DNA of 64,000 bases from an uncultured Gemmatimonadaceae bacterium (GTDB lineage Bacteria; Gemmatimonadota; Gemmatimonadetes; Gemmatimonadales; Gemmatimonadaceae), in assembly GCA_963781585.1 (NCBI GenBank), contig CAWAGQ010000015.1:1-64000 (forward strand), in the 5' to 3' direction. Below are positions 10,067-19,318 of this stretch, one piece after another. The notes beneath the pieces were generated by a model. The model did not search any database. It saw only the letters and a program-made list of their open reading frames with translations, and had not been told where the DNA came from. The position numbers and the translations under genes are program-made. Every line of letters starts with the position of its first letter. Position 1 is the first letter of the stretch.

Positions 10067-11308
10067 CTACTTTCCGCTCGCCAGCGCCCACACGATCGTG
10101 AGCGCCCACTGCGGCCCCAGCCAGCCGCGGTCGCCATCGCTGTACGACTCGGCCGTGGAGTGTGCGCCACGCCCATCTCCGCCGCCATCGATGGTGATGG
10201 CCGGGATGCCGAGCGACATGGGGATATTGGCGTCGGTGCTGGAGGTCCCGAGCTGCGCTTCGAAACCTAACGAGCGACCGGCCGCCTGGGCGGTGCGGAC
10301 GATGCGGCTGGTGTCGCTGGGCGCCGCCGCCGGGCGCACCCCCATCGACTGGACGTCGACGGTGATCTTCACCGGCGACTCGGGCCAGCGGGCGTTCTCC
10401 TCGGCCAGCGCATCGTTGACCGCCTGGCGGAACTTCGCGTCCAGCTTCGCCAGCTCCTCGGGCGACTCCGACCGCAAATCCACCTCCATCGCCCCCAGCG
10501 GGGAAATGCTGTTGACCGAGGTGCCGCCCTCGATCATCCCCACGTTGAAGGTGGTCTTGGGCGATTTCGGCACCTGGAGGTCGGCGATCCTGGCGATCGC
10601 GCGGCCGAGCGCGTGGATCGGGCTCGGCATGCCGAACGCGCCGTAGCTGTGGCCGCCGGGCCCCTGGAACGACACCTTGTACCGGTTGCTGCCGACGGCG
10701 CGATAGGTAATCCCGAGTCCCGTGCCGTCGATGGCGATGAAATAGTCGATCCGGGCCGGCGGGTGCGCGAACAGATAGCGCATGCCGCGCAGATTCCCCG
10801 GCCCTTCTTCGCCCACGTTGGCGACGAACACGATGTTGCCGGCAGTCGTGACCTGCGCGTCGCGCATCGCACGGGCCACCGTGAGGAGCACCGCCAATCC
10901 CCGGCAGTCGTCGCCGATACCGGGGCCGCGGAAGACGTCGCCGTCCTTCGTGACGTGGACCTCCGTTCCCTCGGGGAAGACGGTGTCGAGGTGGGCCGAG
11001 AACAGGACGGTCGGGCCGGCGCCGGAGCCGGGGCGCTCGGCGATCACGTTGCCTACCGAGTCGATCCGCACGGCGCGCAGGCCTAACGACTCGAAGCGCC
11101 GCTTCATTTCGGCGGCGCGCTGTTGCTCGTGGAACGGCGGGGCCGCGATCTCGCAGATCGACACCTGCTGGTTGAGTGTCCACGCGTTGCCGGTACGCAC
11201 GCCGTCGAGAGCCGCCTTCACGGTGGGCGGGAGAGCCGGCAGCGGCTGCTGGGCGCCGAGAATCGAGGCGGCCATGGCGAGAAGGGTCAGGCTCGAACGC
11301 GAGATCAT
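10067..11308 (-). CDS. Secreted M20/M25/M40 metallohydrolase
   Basis: Signal peptide from MISRSS; SAHLDTV, GIGDD, VGEEG, GGHS and AHS motifs. Confidence 0.9.
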   Translation of the reverse strand: MISRSSLTLLAMAASILGAQQPLPALPPTVKAALDGVRTGNAWTLNQQVSICEIAAPPFHEQQRAAEMKRRFESLGLRAVRIDSVGNVIAERPGSGAGPTVLFSAHLDTVFPEGTEVHVTKDGDVFRGPGIGDDCRGLAVLLTVARAMRDAQVTTAGNIVFVANVGEEGPGNLRGMRYLFAHPPARIDYFIAIDGTGLGITYRAVGSNRYKVSFQGPGGHSYGAFGMPSPIHALGRAIARIADLQVPKSPKTTFNVGMIEGGTSVNSISPLGAMEVDLRSESPEELAKLDAKFRQAVNDALAEENARWPESPVKITVDVQSMGVRPAAAPSDTSRIVRTAQAAGRSLGFEAQLGTSSTDANIPMSLGIPAITIDGGGDGRGAHSTAESYSDGDRGWLGPQWALTIVWALASGK

Positions 11309-11427
11309 CCCGGCGAGGCTGGTCCGGCGTGCTGCCGCACGGCGCGCTGACAACGCTCCGGTATCCGCGCCCCGGTGCTGCCCCGGCGGATCCTCCGAGC
11401 CTGTCGCGTCGGACTTGCCGCGTGCGC

Positions 11428-12318
11428 TCATCGCAGCCCTGCCCCCGCCCCCGCCCCCGCCCCAGCCGGGACGGCGTGGAGACGCGCCGCCAGCGCTTCG
11501 TGCAGCGCGAGCGTGATGGGGCCCGGCGTTCCCTTCCCGACCGGCTGGCCGTCGAGCTTCACCACCGGCATCACGTCGCTCGTGGTTCCGGTGACGAAGC
11601 ACTCCTCCAACCGCGGAATCTCATGCGTCAAGATCGGCGTTTCGCTGATCGGATACCCGACCTCGCGCGCGATCTCGACCACCACGTCGCGCGTGACGCC
11701 GGGCAGGATGTAGTTGGAGACCGGATATGTCCGGATCGTTCCATCGATGACACCGAACACGTTGGTATGCGCGCCCTCGGTAATCGCCGCGCCGCGCAGG
11801 AAGATCGATTCGTAGGCGCCGTGATCCACCGCGAACTGCTTGGCCATCACCGCGGGCAGGAGGTTCACGGTCTTGAGGTCGCAGCGGGACCACCGGTAAT
11901 CGGGATAGGTCACCGCCGCCACTCCGCGCCGGCGGGTCTCCTCGGACGGCGAGAACGCGGATGCCGAGAGAAAGACCGTGGGCGGCGTGCCCGGAGGAGG
12001 AAAGGCGTGCGCCCGAGGGGCGGCGCCCCGGGTGATCTGGAGATATACCGTCGCCTGGCCGCGGTCGAGGCCATTCTCGCGCAGCAGGCGGTAATGGATA
12101 TCGAGGAGGGCGTCGGCCGGGAGCGGCGGATCGATGCGCAGTTCGCGCATCCCGCGCGCCAGTCGCTGCATGTGGCGATCGGGTTCGAACAGCCGACCCT
12201 CGACCGCTCGGCTCACCTCATAGACGCCATCGCCGAAAAAGAACCCGCGCTCGTCCACGGAGAGCCTGGCCTGGTCGCGCGGGAGGAACTCGCCATTGAG
12301 ATAGACTGTGCTGGACAT
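11428..12318 (-). CDS. dat: PLP class IV aminotransferase, D-amino-acid aminotransferase-like
   Basis: VYLNGEF, ERGFFFGDGVYE, RCDLKTVNLL, EGAHTNVF, ILPGVTR. Confidence 0.85.
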   Translation of the reverse strand: MSSTVYLNGEFLPRDQARLSVDERGFFFGDGVYEVSRAVEGRLFEPDRHMQRLARGMRELRIDPPLPADALLDIHYRLLRENGLDRGQATVYLQITRGAAPRAHAFPPPGTPPTVFLSASAFSPSEETRRRGVAAVTYPDYRWSRCDLKTVNLLPAVMAKQFAVDHGAYESIFLRGAAITEGAHTNVFGVIDGTIRTYPVSNYILPGVTRDVVVEIAREVGYPISETPILTHEIPRLEECFVTGTTSDVMPVVKLDGQPVGKGTPGPITLALHEALAARLHAVPAGAGAGAGAGLR

Positions 12319-12398
12319 GGTCGGAGGGAGTGAGGGACATCGCTGCGTCGCCTCAAAGATGGCGCCGCGGCCGTCACTCCGGCGAGCCCACGGCACCG

Positions 12399-12497
12399 AG
12401 GCCAGAGTGCAGACGCCAAGGGCCAGAGGGATGGCCATCCGACCTCTGGGTCTCCGGACTCAGGACTCGGGACTTCCGGCCTTTGGTCTTTGGCCTC
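12399..12497. repeat. Degenerate heptamer arrays in inverted arrangement
   Basis: ggccaga..cgccaag ggccaga followed by cctctgg..cctttgg tctttgg cc. Confidence 0.6.
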
Positions 12498-12503
12498 CAC
12501 CCA

Positions 12504-13310
12504 CTATCTCTTTGTCGCCAGCAGCTCCTCGATCAGATCCAGCGCTCGCGGATCGCGCGACTGGGCGAGCCAGAAGAGCGCCTGGCGCCGCAGCTCCGGG
12601 TCCTTGCTGGTCCGGACGACGTTGATGAGTGGCGGGATGCCCTCCTTGTCGTGCCGCTGCGAGAGCGCGAAGATCGCCTGCTTTCGCACCTCCCGATCCA
12701 CATCGTCCGCTCCTACCAGGTCGGTCAGCCCCTTGGTCGCCGGTTCCTCGGCAAGTTGGCCGAGCCAGAAGACGGCCTGGTTGCGTGTCTCGCTCGGGCG
12801 CCGCTCGTTCCGCGCGATGCGCATCAGATCGGGCCAGATGGTCACGCTGTCCACCAGCGTCGCGGGAAAGATCGCCTGTCGGGCGGGATTCCGATCGTTC
12901 GTCTCGGCGATCGAGATCAGGTAATCCGCCGCTTCGCGGGTGCTCACCTGTCCCAGGTCGGTGGCCGACGACGAAGGGCGCCAGTGTCCACCCACGTAGA
13001 AACGCAGGTCGGCCACTTCCCCGTCGCGACGGTCGATGACGACGCGCCCAGGACCGGACTGGCAGTCGACGTCGTACTCCACGTCGCGCGAGCTGCGGTC
13101 GTTGGACCAGTTCGTCTGGTGACGGCCGCTGTTCCACGAGATCGACTGGCCGGACCCACAGACCTCGGGCCGCAGGGTGAACGTGAAGCGGACGTCTCCG
13201 TCGCGCACGCGGTTCACCCGGCTGACCAGCGACTGTGCTCCGGCGGCGCCGGCCGCTGCCGTGAGAAGCACGGCCGCCATGGCGGCCCGGGAGAAGTGCA
13301 TGGAGGACAT
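12504..13310 (-). CDS. Secreted HEAT-repeat protein
   Basis: Signal peptide; repeats RNQAVFWLGQ, RKQAIFALSQ, RRQALFWLAQ. Confidence 0.85.
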   Translation of the reverse strand: MSSMHFSRAAMAAVLLTAAAGAAGAQSLVSRVNRVRDGDVRFTFTLRPEVCGSGQSISWNSGRHQTNWSNDRSSRDVEYDVDCQSGPGRVVIDRRDGEVADLRFYVGGHWRPSSSATDLGQVSTREAADYLISIAETNDRNPARQAIFPATLVDSVTIWPDLMRIARNERRPSETRNQAVFWLGQLAEEPATKGLTDLVGADDVDREVRKQAIFALSQRHDKEGIPPLINVVRTSKDPELRRQALFWLAQSRDPRALDLIEELLATKR

Positions 13311-13337
13311 GATAGGCGACTCCTGAGATTCAATCGG

Positions 13338-14768
13338 TCAGCGGTCCGGCGACTTGTTGATCAGGTCCTCGAGGAACTTCAGCACGCGTGGGTCGCGGGA
13401 CTGTCCCAGCCAGAAGATGGCCTTGCTGCGCAGATCCTTGTCTGGATCGTTCTTCGCGATGGCCATCAGCTTGTCCACCGCATCCGGATCGCGCTTCTGC
13501 GACAGCACGAAGATGACCTGCTCCTTCATCTCCCGGTCCTTCACCGTGTCGTACAGCCTGGCGACATCGGCGATGTTCACGCCGCCTGACTGGCCGGCCC
13601 AGAACAGCGCCTGCTTCCGCATCTCCATGTCCGCGCGATCGTTCATCGCGAGCGCGAGCAGCCATTTCTGGTTGTCGTCGTTCCGTTGCTGGGAAATCGA
13701 GAACAGCACCTTGTCCTTCAGCTCCGAGCTCTTCAGCCGGCCGAACAGGTCGCGCAGGAACTGCGCGTTGTCGGGATCGCGCCGCTGACCGAGCCAGAAG
13801 ATCGCCTGCTCGCGCACGCTGGATGCGGCGTTGTCGTCCGCGGCCACGTTGCGGATCAGCTGCTGCGCCCGGCTGTTGCGCTGCTGCCCGAGCGCGAAGA
13901 TCGCCTTTTCCTTGGCCTGGGGATCGGTGCTCTTCTGCAGAATGTCCGCCAGCAGATCCGTGGATCGGTCGGTGTTCGACTGGCCGAGCCAGAAGATCGC
14001 CTGCTCCCGCACGTCGGCGCTCGGATCATTGCGCGCGACGTCGATCAGGATGTCGGCGGCGCGGTCGGAACGCTTCTGCGAGACCAGGAACACGGCCTTC
14101 TTCCGGAGCACCTCGCAGCCCTGCCGGTTGGCGAGCAGCCGCTCCAGGATCGGGAGCGCCTGATCGGAGTTCATCTGAAGCAACGCATTCAGGGCCGCGA
14201 TCCGAACGTCGTTCTCGTCGTCCTCGCGCGGGCACCCGGTCTGTTGCTGTTGCCCGGCAGTCGTCGCGGTCGACTGACGCCCCGGATCGGCCTCGCGAAC
14301 GACTTCGCTGGCACACCGCTCGTCGCCCTGACGAGCGCGCTCGCCGCAGATCTGGATGCGCAGCGTGCCGCCATCGAGGCTCCGGTACGCAGCGGAGTAA
14401 TCGATTTGCAGCTTCTGCAGTGCGTCGAGTGCGTTGGACAGGTTGGTCGATCCGCCCGCCTTGTAGAGCGCGAACGCCTGGTAGTACAACGCGGAGCTGG
14501 CCCGGCTGGACCCGGAATAGCGATCCGCCACCCGCTGGAAGAGCGTCGCTGCGCGGCTGTAGTTGCCGTCGTTCATCGCGTCCATGGCGGCGCGGTACGC
14601 GGAGTCCGCCTGTTGCTCCCGGTCCGACGCGCGGCCGGAAACCGTCGCGTGCGCGTTGGCGGCGTCGCTGGTGCGTCGGGACTGCGCGGGGAGGGCGAAC
14701 GGCGCCACCGATGCCGCGGACAGCGCAAGGAGCAGGAATGCACGCATTGATGTATTGGCCTTGTTCAT
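13338..14768 (-). CDS. Secreted TPR-like plus HEAT-repeat protein
   Basis: Signal peptide; TPR-like AYRAAMDAMNDGNYSRAA..ALYYQAFALY; about 9 repeats of R.QAIFWLGQ type. Confidence 0.85.
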   Translation of the reverse strand: MNKANTSMRAFLLLALSAASVAPFALPAQSRRTSDAANAHATVSGRASDREQQADSAYRAAMDAMNDGNYSRAATLFQRVADRYSGSSRASSALYYQAFALYKAGGSTNLSNALDALQKLQIDYSAAYRSLDGGTLRIQICGERARQGDERCASEVVREADPGRQSTATTAGQQQQTGCPREDDENDVRIAALNALLQMNSDQALPILERLLANRQGCEVLRKKAVFLVSQKRSDRAADILIDVARNDPSADVREQAIFWLGQSNTDRSTDLLADILQKSTDPQAKEKAIFALGQQRNSRAQQLIRNVAADDNAASSVREQAIFWLGQRRDPDNAQFLRDLFGRLKSSELKDKVLFSISQQRNDDNQKWLLALAMNDRADMEMRKQALFWAGQSGGVNIADVARLYDTVKDREMKEQVIFVLSQKRDPDAVDKLMAIAKNDPDKDLRSKAIFWLGQSRDPRVLKFLEDLINKSPDR

Positions 14769-14782
14769 TGTTGGATGTCTCC

Positions 14783-15601
14783 TCACGTCCCGCTGACGAA
14801 GCCTGGCGGAATGGACGTGCGAATGCGGGTGATGACTTGTCGACGCGAGATGGCCTGATCGATCAGCTCGCGGTCGAGGGTGGCATCGTGCGTGGGGAGA
14901 TGGGAGAGTTGCACGAGAATGAGCTCGAGATCGTTGAACAGCCGGCGCCGGACGGGATCCTGTCCCGCCGGGGAGTCGGCCAACAGCCGCGTGGTGGAGA
15001 GCAGATCGCGCGCCCACCGACGCATGATGGCGTCCATGCTGGTGTCTTCCGACGCGCGGAACGACACCAGCAGCGCTTCGGCCGCCGAGAGGTGCTGGGC
15101 CGCCAGCACGTCGTAGCCGGTGGGGATCGCGAGGTCGGCGCCAGTGGACCGGGTACCGGCGTCGGCGCTTCCGGGGGACGGTGCCTGCGGCCGGCCGGCG
15201 CCCTCATCCGGGCCCGGTCGCGCGTCCGCCACGCGGACGGAGGTATCGGCGGAGGGAGCAACCGGCGTCGGCGCTGCGGGCGCCGGCTGCACGCCGGCCA
15301 GGTCGTTCGTTCCATGCGTGGGTCGGGCACTCGTCAGGCGGCCGATGCCGATCCCGGCCGCGACCAGCAGCATCGCGGCGGCGGCCAGCATCCACGGTCG
15401 GGCGGCGGACCTGGCGCGGGACCGGGAGTCCAGTGCGACCACCACCGCGGCAGCCGGCCGGGTGCCTTCGCCCGGCGCCTCGGTCTTCGACCGTCGCGAC
15501 TGGATTGCGTCCCACATTGCGTCGCGGGGAGGAATGTCGGGCGGGCGGTTGTAGTCCCGCGCCGCCTCGCGCACCCACTCGTCGAACCGATCGTCACTCA
15601 T
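14783..15601 (-). CDS. Putative single-pass anti-sigma factor
   Basis: Overlaps the sigma stop codon; short N-terminal domain, one TM (PWMLAAAAMLLVAAGIGIG), Pro/Ala linker, helical C-terminus. Confidence 0.7.
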   Translation of the reverse strand: MSDDRFDEWVREAARDYNRPPDIPPRDAMWDAIQSRRSKTEAPGEGTRPAAAVVVALDSRSRARSAARPWMLAAAAMLLVAAGIGIGRLTSARPTHGTNDLAGVQPAPAAPTPVAPSADTSVRVADARPGPDEGAGRPQAPSPGSADAGTRSTGADLAIPTGYDVLAAQHLSAAEALLVSFRASEDTSMDAIMRRWARDLLSTTRLLADSPAGQDPVRRRLFNDLELILVQLSHLPTHDATLDRELIDQAISRRQVITRIRTSIPPGFVSGT

Positions 15602-16200
15602 GCCGACCATGCTCCTGCGAAGTCCGCCAGCGCCTCGCGCAGTTTGGCGCGGGCGCGGAAGAGTTGCGCCTTGGAGGTGCCCACCTGGATGCCGAGCGCC
15701 TCGCCGATTTCCTCGTGGGTGAATCCTTCCACATCGTGCATCACGAACACCGTTCGGTATCCCTGCGGCAGGTCGTCGATCGCCCGGTGCAGGCGGTCGC
15801 GCAGATCCGGATCGACCGGACCGCGCGAGGTGCCCAGTGATTCCGCGGCGTCGATCCCGATCTCGCGGGCGCGCAATCGTCGAATGGACCGCAGTCCGTT
15901 GAGCGAGACCGACATCGCGATGGAATAGAGCCACGTGCCGAATGCCGATTCGCCGCGAAACCCGTTCAGCCGCTCGAACGCGCGAATGAACGTCTCCTGG
16001 GTGAAATCGCGCGCCAGGTCGTCCTCGCCGGCGAGCCGGAACGCCAGACGGTAGACGCGGTCCACGTGCGCGTCATACAACGCGCGCTGCGCCGATGTCT
16101 CACCGGCCACTGCCCGGGCGATCAGACTCGATTCGTTCACGTCGCCTGGTGTCGGGTCGATCCGCCGAACCACATTTCCAAAGACCTGGCTCCTGGACAT
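15598..16200 (-). CDS. ECF RNA polymerase sigma factor
   Basis: Region 2 DFTQETFIRAF..FGTWLYSIA; region 4 VFVMHDVEGFTHEEI..GTSKAQLFRAR; start could instead be GTG 16140. Confidence 0.93.
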   Translation of the reverse strand: MSRSQVFGNVVRRIDPTPGDVNESSLIARAVAGETSAQRALYDAHVDRVYRLAFRLAGEDDLARDFTQETFIRAFERLNGFRGESAFGTWLYSIAMSVSLNGLRSIRRLRAREIGIDAAESLGTSRGPVDPDLRDRLHRAIDDLPQGYRTVFVMHDVEGFTHEEIGEALGIQVGTSKAQLFRARAKLREALADFAGAWSA

Positions 16201-16431
16201 ATCCGCCGCCGAAGGCCGCTCGTCAAATCCCGATGGCTGCTCGATTTCCCACGGTCCGGTCCGGCAGATGTCGCCGTTCCGGACGCCCTTGGGACACGAG
16301 CCGGGGCTGATGGGTTGCGCGGCGGGTGAAACCCGTGGCCGCCCGGAACCGGCCACGGCCGGGCTGTCCTATCCTGTCCTGTACGCGGCCTTCATACTTG
16401 GGCGAGCGCGATCCCGGAACGTGGGACCGGA

Positions 16432-16498
16432 AATTGGGTCAGACCCGAATTTCCGTGGAAATGGGGTCATTCGGCAGAAATTCGAATCTGACCCAATT
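16432..16498. repeat. REP-like imperfect inverted repeat, GGGTCAGACCC type
   Basis: AATTGGGTCAGACCCGAATTTC-N23-GAAATTCGAATCTGACCCAATT, 20/22 complementary, AT-rich. Confidence 0.7.
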
Positions 16499-16523
16499 AC
16501 AGTCCGCAATTACACCTCCATCC

Positions 16524-17681
16524 ATGGCCCGCAGCGTTCTACCCACGCACAGGGGAGCCCCCAGCGCACCCCAGTTCGTCGCCGACCTCGAGACGCCTGC
16601 GGCCCTGGTCGACCTCGACCGCCTGGCCGCCAATCTGGACCGGATGGCATCGTACTGCGCGATCCACAGCCTTGCCCTGCGCCCGCACGTCAAGACCCAC
16701 AAATCGCCGCGCATCGCCGCCGAGCAGCTGCGCATGGGTGCGGTGGGTCTTACCTGCGCGACGCCGCGGGAGCTGGAGGTCATGAGCGCGACCTGCGACG
16801 ACCTCCTCCTCGCCTATCCCCTCATCGGCCCCGCCAGGTTGCGGCGGGTGCTCGCCCTGCCGCCTAACGTGCGGCTCACCGTGGCGGTCGATTCGGTCGA
16901 AGCCATCGACCAGCTTGCCGAAGCGGCTGACGCCGCCCGACGCGAGCTGGGTGTGTACGTGGAAGTCGACCTCGGCATGCATCGGGTGGGGGTGCCCACG
17001 CGGGATCTGGCGCTCCAACTGGCGCGTCGCGTGCGGGCGCGACCGCCGCTCTTCTATCGCGGGATCACCTTCTACCCGGGCCACATCCGCGACTCCGTGG
17101 ACGCGCAGAGCGCGAAGCTCGAGCAGCTGGAACGCGATCTCGGAGCACTGCGGGACGCGTTGGGGTCCGCCGGCCTGGCGCCCGACGTGGTGAGCGGCGG
17201 ATCGACACCGGCCGCCTGGCGCATGCACGAGGTGGAGGGGATCACCGAAGTGCGACCGGGCACGTACGTCTACAACGACCGCGGCACGTCCGACATCGGA
17301 GCCTGCTCCTGGGACGACTGCGCATTCACCGTGCTGGCCACGGTGGTGAGTACCGCGGTGCCCGATCAGGCGGTGGTGGATGCGGGGAGCAAGGCCCTGG
17401 GACGGGAACCGATGCGCGGCGTCGAGGGCGAGGGCTTTGGCGCCCTGCTCGACGATCCGGCCGTGATCGTGAGCCGGATGTCGGAGGAGCACGGCATCCT
17501 GGATCTGCGCGGGACGCACTGGCGACCGCGTGTGGGCGAGGTGGTGCGGATCGTGCCGAACCACGTCTGCGTCGTCGTGCACCTCAACGACGTCATTTAT
17601 GGAATGCGCGATGACGTAGTCGAGACCAGCTGGCCCGTCAGCGCCCGAGGGAGGGGAGGAGCGCCGGCAGGAGCTCGCTAG
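16524..17681 (+). CDS. Fold-type III PLP enzyme (D-threonine aldolase / DSD1-like, alanine-racemase fold)
   Basis: LETPAALVD, LRPHVKTHK, SGGSTP, EVRPGTYVYND, SEEHG, PNHVC. Confidence 0.9.
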   Translation: MARSVLPTHRGAPSAPQFVADLETPAALVDLDRLAANLDRMASYCAIHSLALRPHVKTHKSPRIAAEQLRMGAVGLTCATPRELEVMSATCDDLLLAYPLIGPARLRRVLALPPNVRLTVAVDSVEAIDQLAEAADAARRELGVYVEVDLGMHRVGVPTRDLALQLARRVRARPPLFYRGITFYPGHIRDSVDAQSAKLEQLERDLGALRDALGSAGLAPDVVSGGSTPAAWRMHEVEGITEVRPGTYVYNDRGTSDIGACSWDDCAFTVLATVVSTAVPDQAVVDAGSKALGREPMRGVEGEGFGALLDDPAVIVSRMSEEHGILDLRGTHWRPRVGEVVRIVPNHVCVVVHLNDVIYGMRDDVVETSWPVSARGRGGAPAGAR

Positions 17682-18234
17682 CAGGCAGGAGGACGTCGGC
17701 CCGCACATGGACTTCGGGGCCGATGGCATACAGGAGCGGATTGAGCCGCTCGAGACGGTGGGCCACGCCGATGCCGTGCTCGAGACGCGGGACGCTGAAG
17801 CTCGCGGAGAGCCGCACTTTCGCGCAGATCCCGGAGGCGCCGGAGAAATCGATCGGACACGTGGCCCGGATCTCGCGCCCGGTGCCCCGGAGTGACAGTG
17901 TCCCGGTGATGATCAGGAGTCCGTTGGCGCGCTCGATCCGGGTACTGCGGAACGTGATCAGGGGAAAGCGCGCGACATCGAGGAATTGCGGCCCTCGCAG
18001 GTGCCGGTCCCGCAGTCCTATCCCCGAGCGCAGGCTGGCGGCCACGACGTCGACGCGAAGCGCCGATCGATCCACGCACCCGTCGGCGACATGGATCGCC
18101 CCGTCCACCTTCGTGAACCGGCCTCGCACGGTGAGCACGCCCAGCCAGCTCACGGCAAACGTGACCGCGGTGTTCTGGGCGTCGAGTCTGATGCCGCGAT
18201 CTTCCTCTTCGCGCGGGAGCGTTGCGGTCGACAT
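17638..18234 (-). CDS. YceI-family lipid/polyisoprenoid-binding protein
   Basis: VRGRF, RDRHLRGPQFLDVARFPLITFRST, GTLSLRG. Confidence 0.88.
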   Translation of the reverse strand: MSTATLPREEEDRGIRLDAQNTAVTFAVSWLGVLTVRGRFTKVDGAIHVADGCVDRSALRVDVVAASLRSGIGLRDRHLRGPQFLDVARFPLITFRSTRIERANGLLIITGTLSLRGTGREIRATCPIDFSGASGICAKVRLSASFSVPRLEHGIGVAHRLERLNPLLYAIGPEVHVRADVLLPASELLPALLPSLGR

Positions 18235-18460
18235 CACGCCGGTTCCTCTTGGTGACCTGATATCAGCTGCACGCGACACCTCATGGCGGGACGCACAGCG
18301 TGCCGCCGACGACCACCTGCCTGCTCCACCCCCGCGGTCGGCGACGACACGTTGTGTTCCTCTCCTTGTTCCGGCTTGACACCGCGCAGCGCCCGATCAC
18401 GAGCCCGGTGATGTCGGGATGGATGCCCCCAGCGGGTCCTGGCGCGCCAGGGGCGGCTGC

Positions 18461-19135
18461 CTAACGAACGACGACCTCTCCAGTCATGTCGGGATGGATC
18501 GAACAGGCGTACGAGAACGTCCCGGGGGTGTTGAAGGTGCGCTGCACCTCCTGCGCGTAGGTGGCGCCGATGCTGGCCGGGGTACCCGCACCTCCGGTCT
18601 GAAACGTCACCGTGTGCTCGATGGCCCCGAACTGCCAGGTCACGGTGCCGCCCGCCTTGATCGCGATGTGATCCGGAGTGAACGCGTAGTAGCTCGAACC
18701 CGCTACCACGACCGCGGCGTTGGGAAGCGAACCCGACACGTCTACCGGGATGGTAGCCGTCTTGGTCACCGATCCCTTGGTGACCGACACCTGGATGTGC
18801 GCGCTGCCGGCCGCGAAGCCCGTCACGGTCCCGTCGCCCGCGACGTCGGCGACCTCGGGATTGTCGGACGAGAAGGACGGAGCGAGCCCGGTGATCGTCG
18901 CCCCATTCACGTCGCGCGCGCTGACCAGGATCGTCGACGCCTGTCCGGCAGACAACGACAACGACGGGACGTTGGTCGAGATCGACCCCAGCACCTGGTT
19001 GCCACCGCCATTGTTATTGCCGCCGTTATTGTTGCCGCCATTGTTGTTGCCGTACGGGCCCGTACTCCCGCCTCCGCCGCATCCGGCCACCAGAAGCGCC
19101 ACGGTCACCGTCAGAGTCCGACGAAGCAGTGTCAT
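18461..19135 (-). CDS. Lipoprotein with Ig-like (Big_2) domain and plastocyanin-type cupredoxin domain
   Basis: Lipobox LVAGC; (GNNNG)3 linker; FSSDNPEVADV; type-1 copper ligands HTV..YACSIHPDM. Confidence 0.88.
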   Translation of the reverse strand: MTLLRRTLTVTVALLVAGCGGGGSTGPYGNNNGGNNNGGNNNGGGNQVLGSISTNVPSLSLSAGQASTILVSARDVNGATITGLAPSFSSDNPEVADVAGDGTVTGFAAGSAHIQVSVTKGSVTKTATIPVDVSGSLPNAAVVVAGSSYYAFTPDHIAIKAGGTVTWQFGAIEHTVTFQTGGAGTPASIGATYAQEVQRTFNTPGTFSYACSIHPDMTGEVVVR

Positions 19136-19211
19136 AGCGAGTCCCTCGCAAGGTGTGGAGCACCGACCGCCGCCGAACGACCTGATGTCTGCGTTCGGAG
19201 CGACGCGGGGC

Positions 19212-19241
19212 ATCTTACCCGCCGCCGCCGGCAAGCGACAA
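19212..19241 (-). promoter_or_regulatory. Candidate sigma70 promoter for the cupredoxin gene
   Basis: Minus strand TTGTCG-N18-TAAGAT. Confidence 0.4.
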
Positions 19242-19268
19242 TGACTGGGCGGCGAGAGGCCGGGGCCG

Positions 19269-19300
19269 GCCGGTAAAGGGCTGTCAGCCGCCGGTGAAGG
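19269..19300 (-). promoter_or_regulatory. Candidate LytTR binding site
   Basis: Minus strand CCTTCACCGGC-N10-CCTTTACCGGC (21-bp period), upstream of the candidate -35. Confidence 0.5.
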
Positions 19301-19318
19301 TCCGTCGGCCCGCCCCGC

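Noticed and set aside
18411..18499. 14-bp direct repeat ATGTCGGGATGGAT at 18411 and 18486
   Set aside because: A single short match with no element features; chance or a trivial local duplication.
19005..19052. 15-bp tandem repeat in the cupredoxin gene
   Set aside because: Encodes an ordinary in-frame (GNNNG)3 lipoprotein linker.
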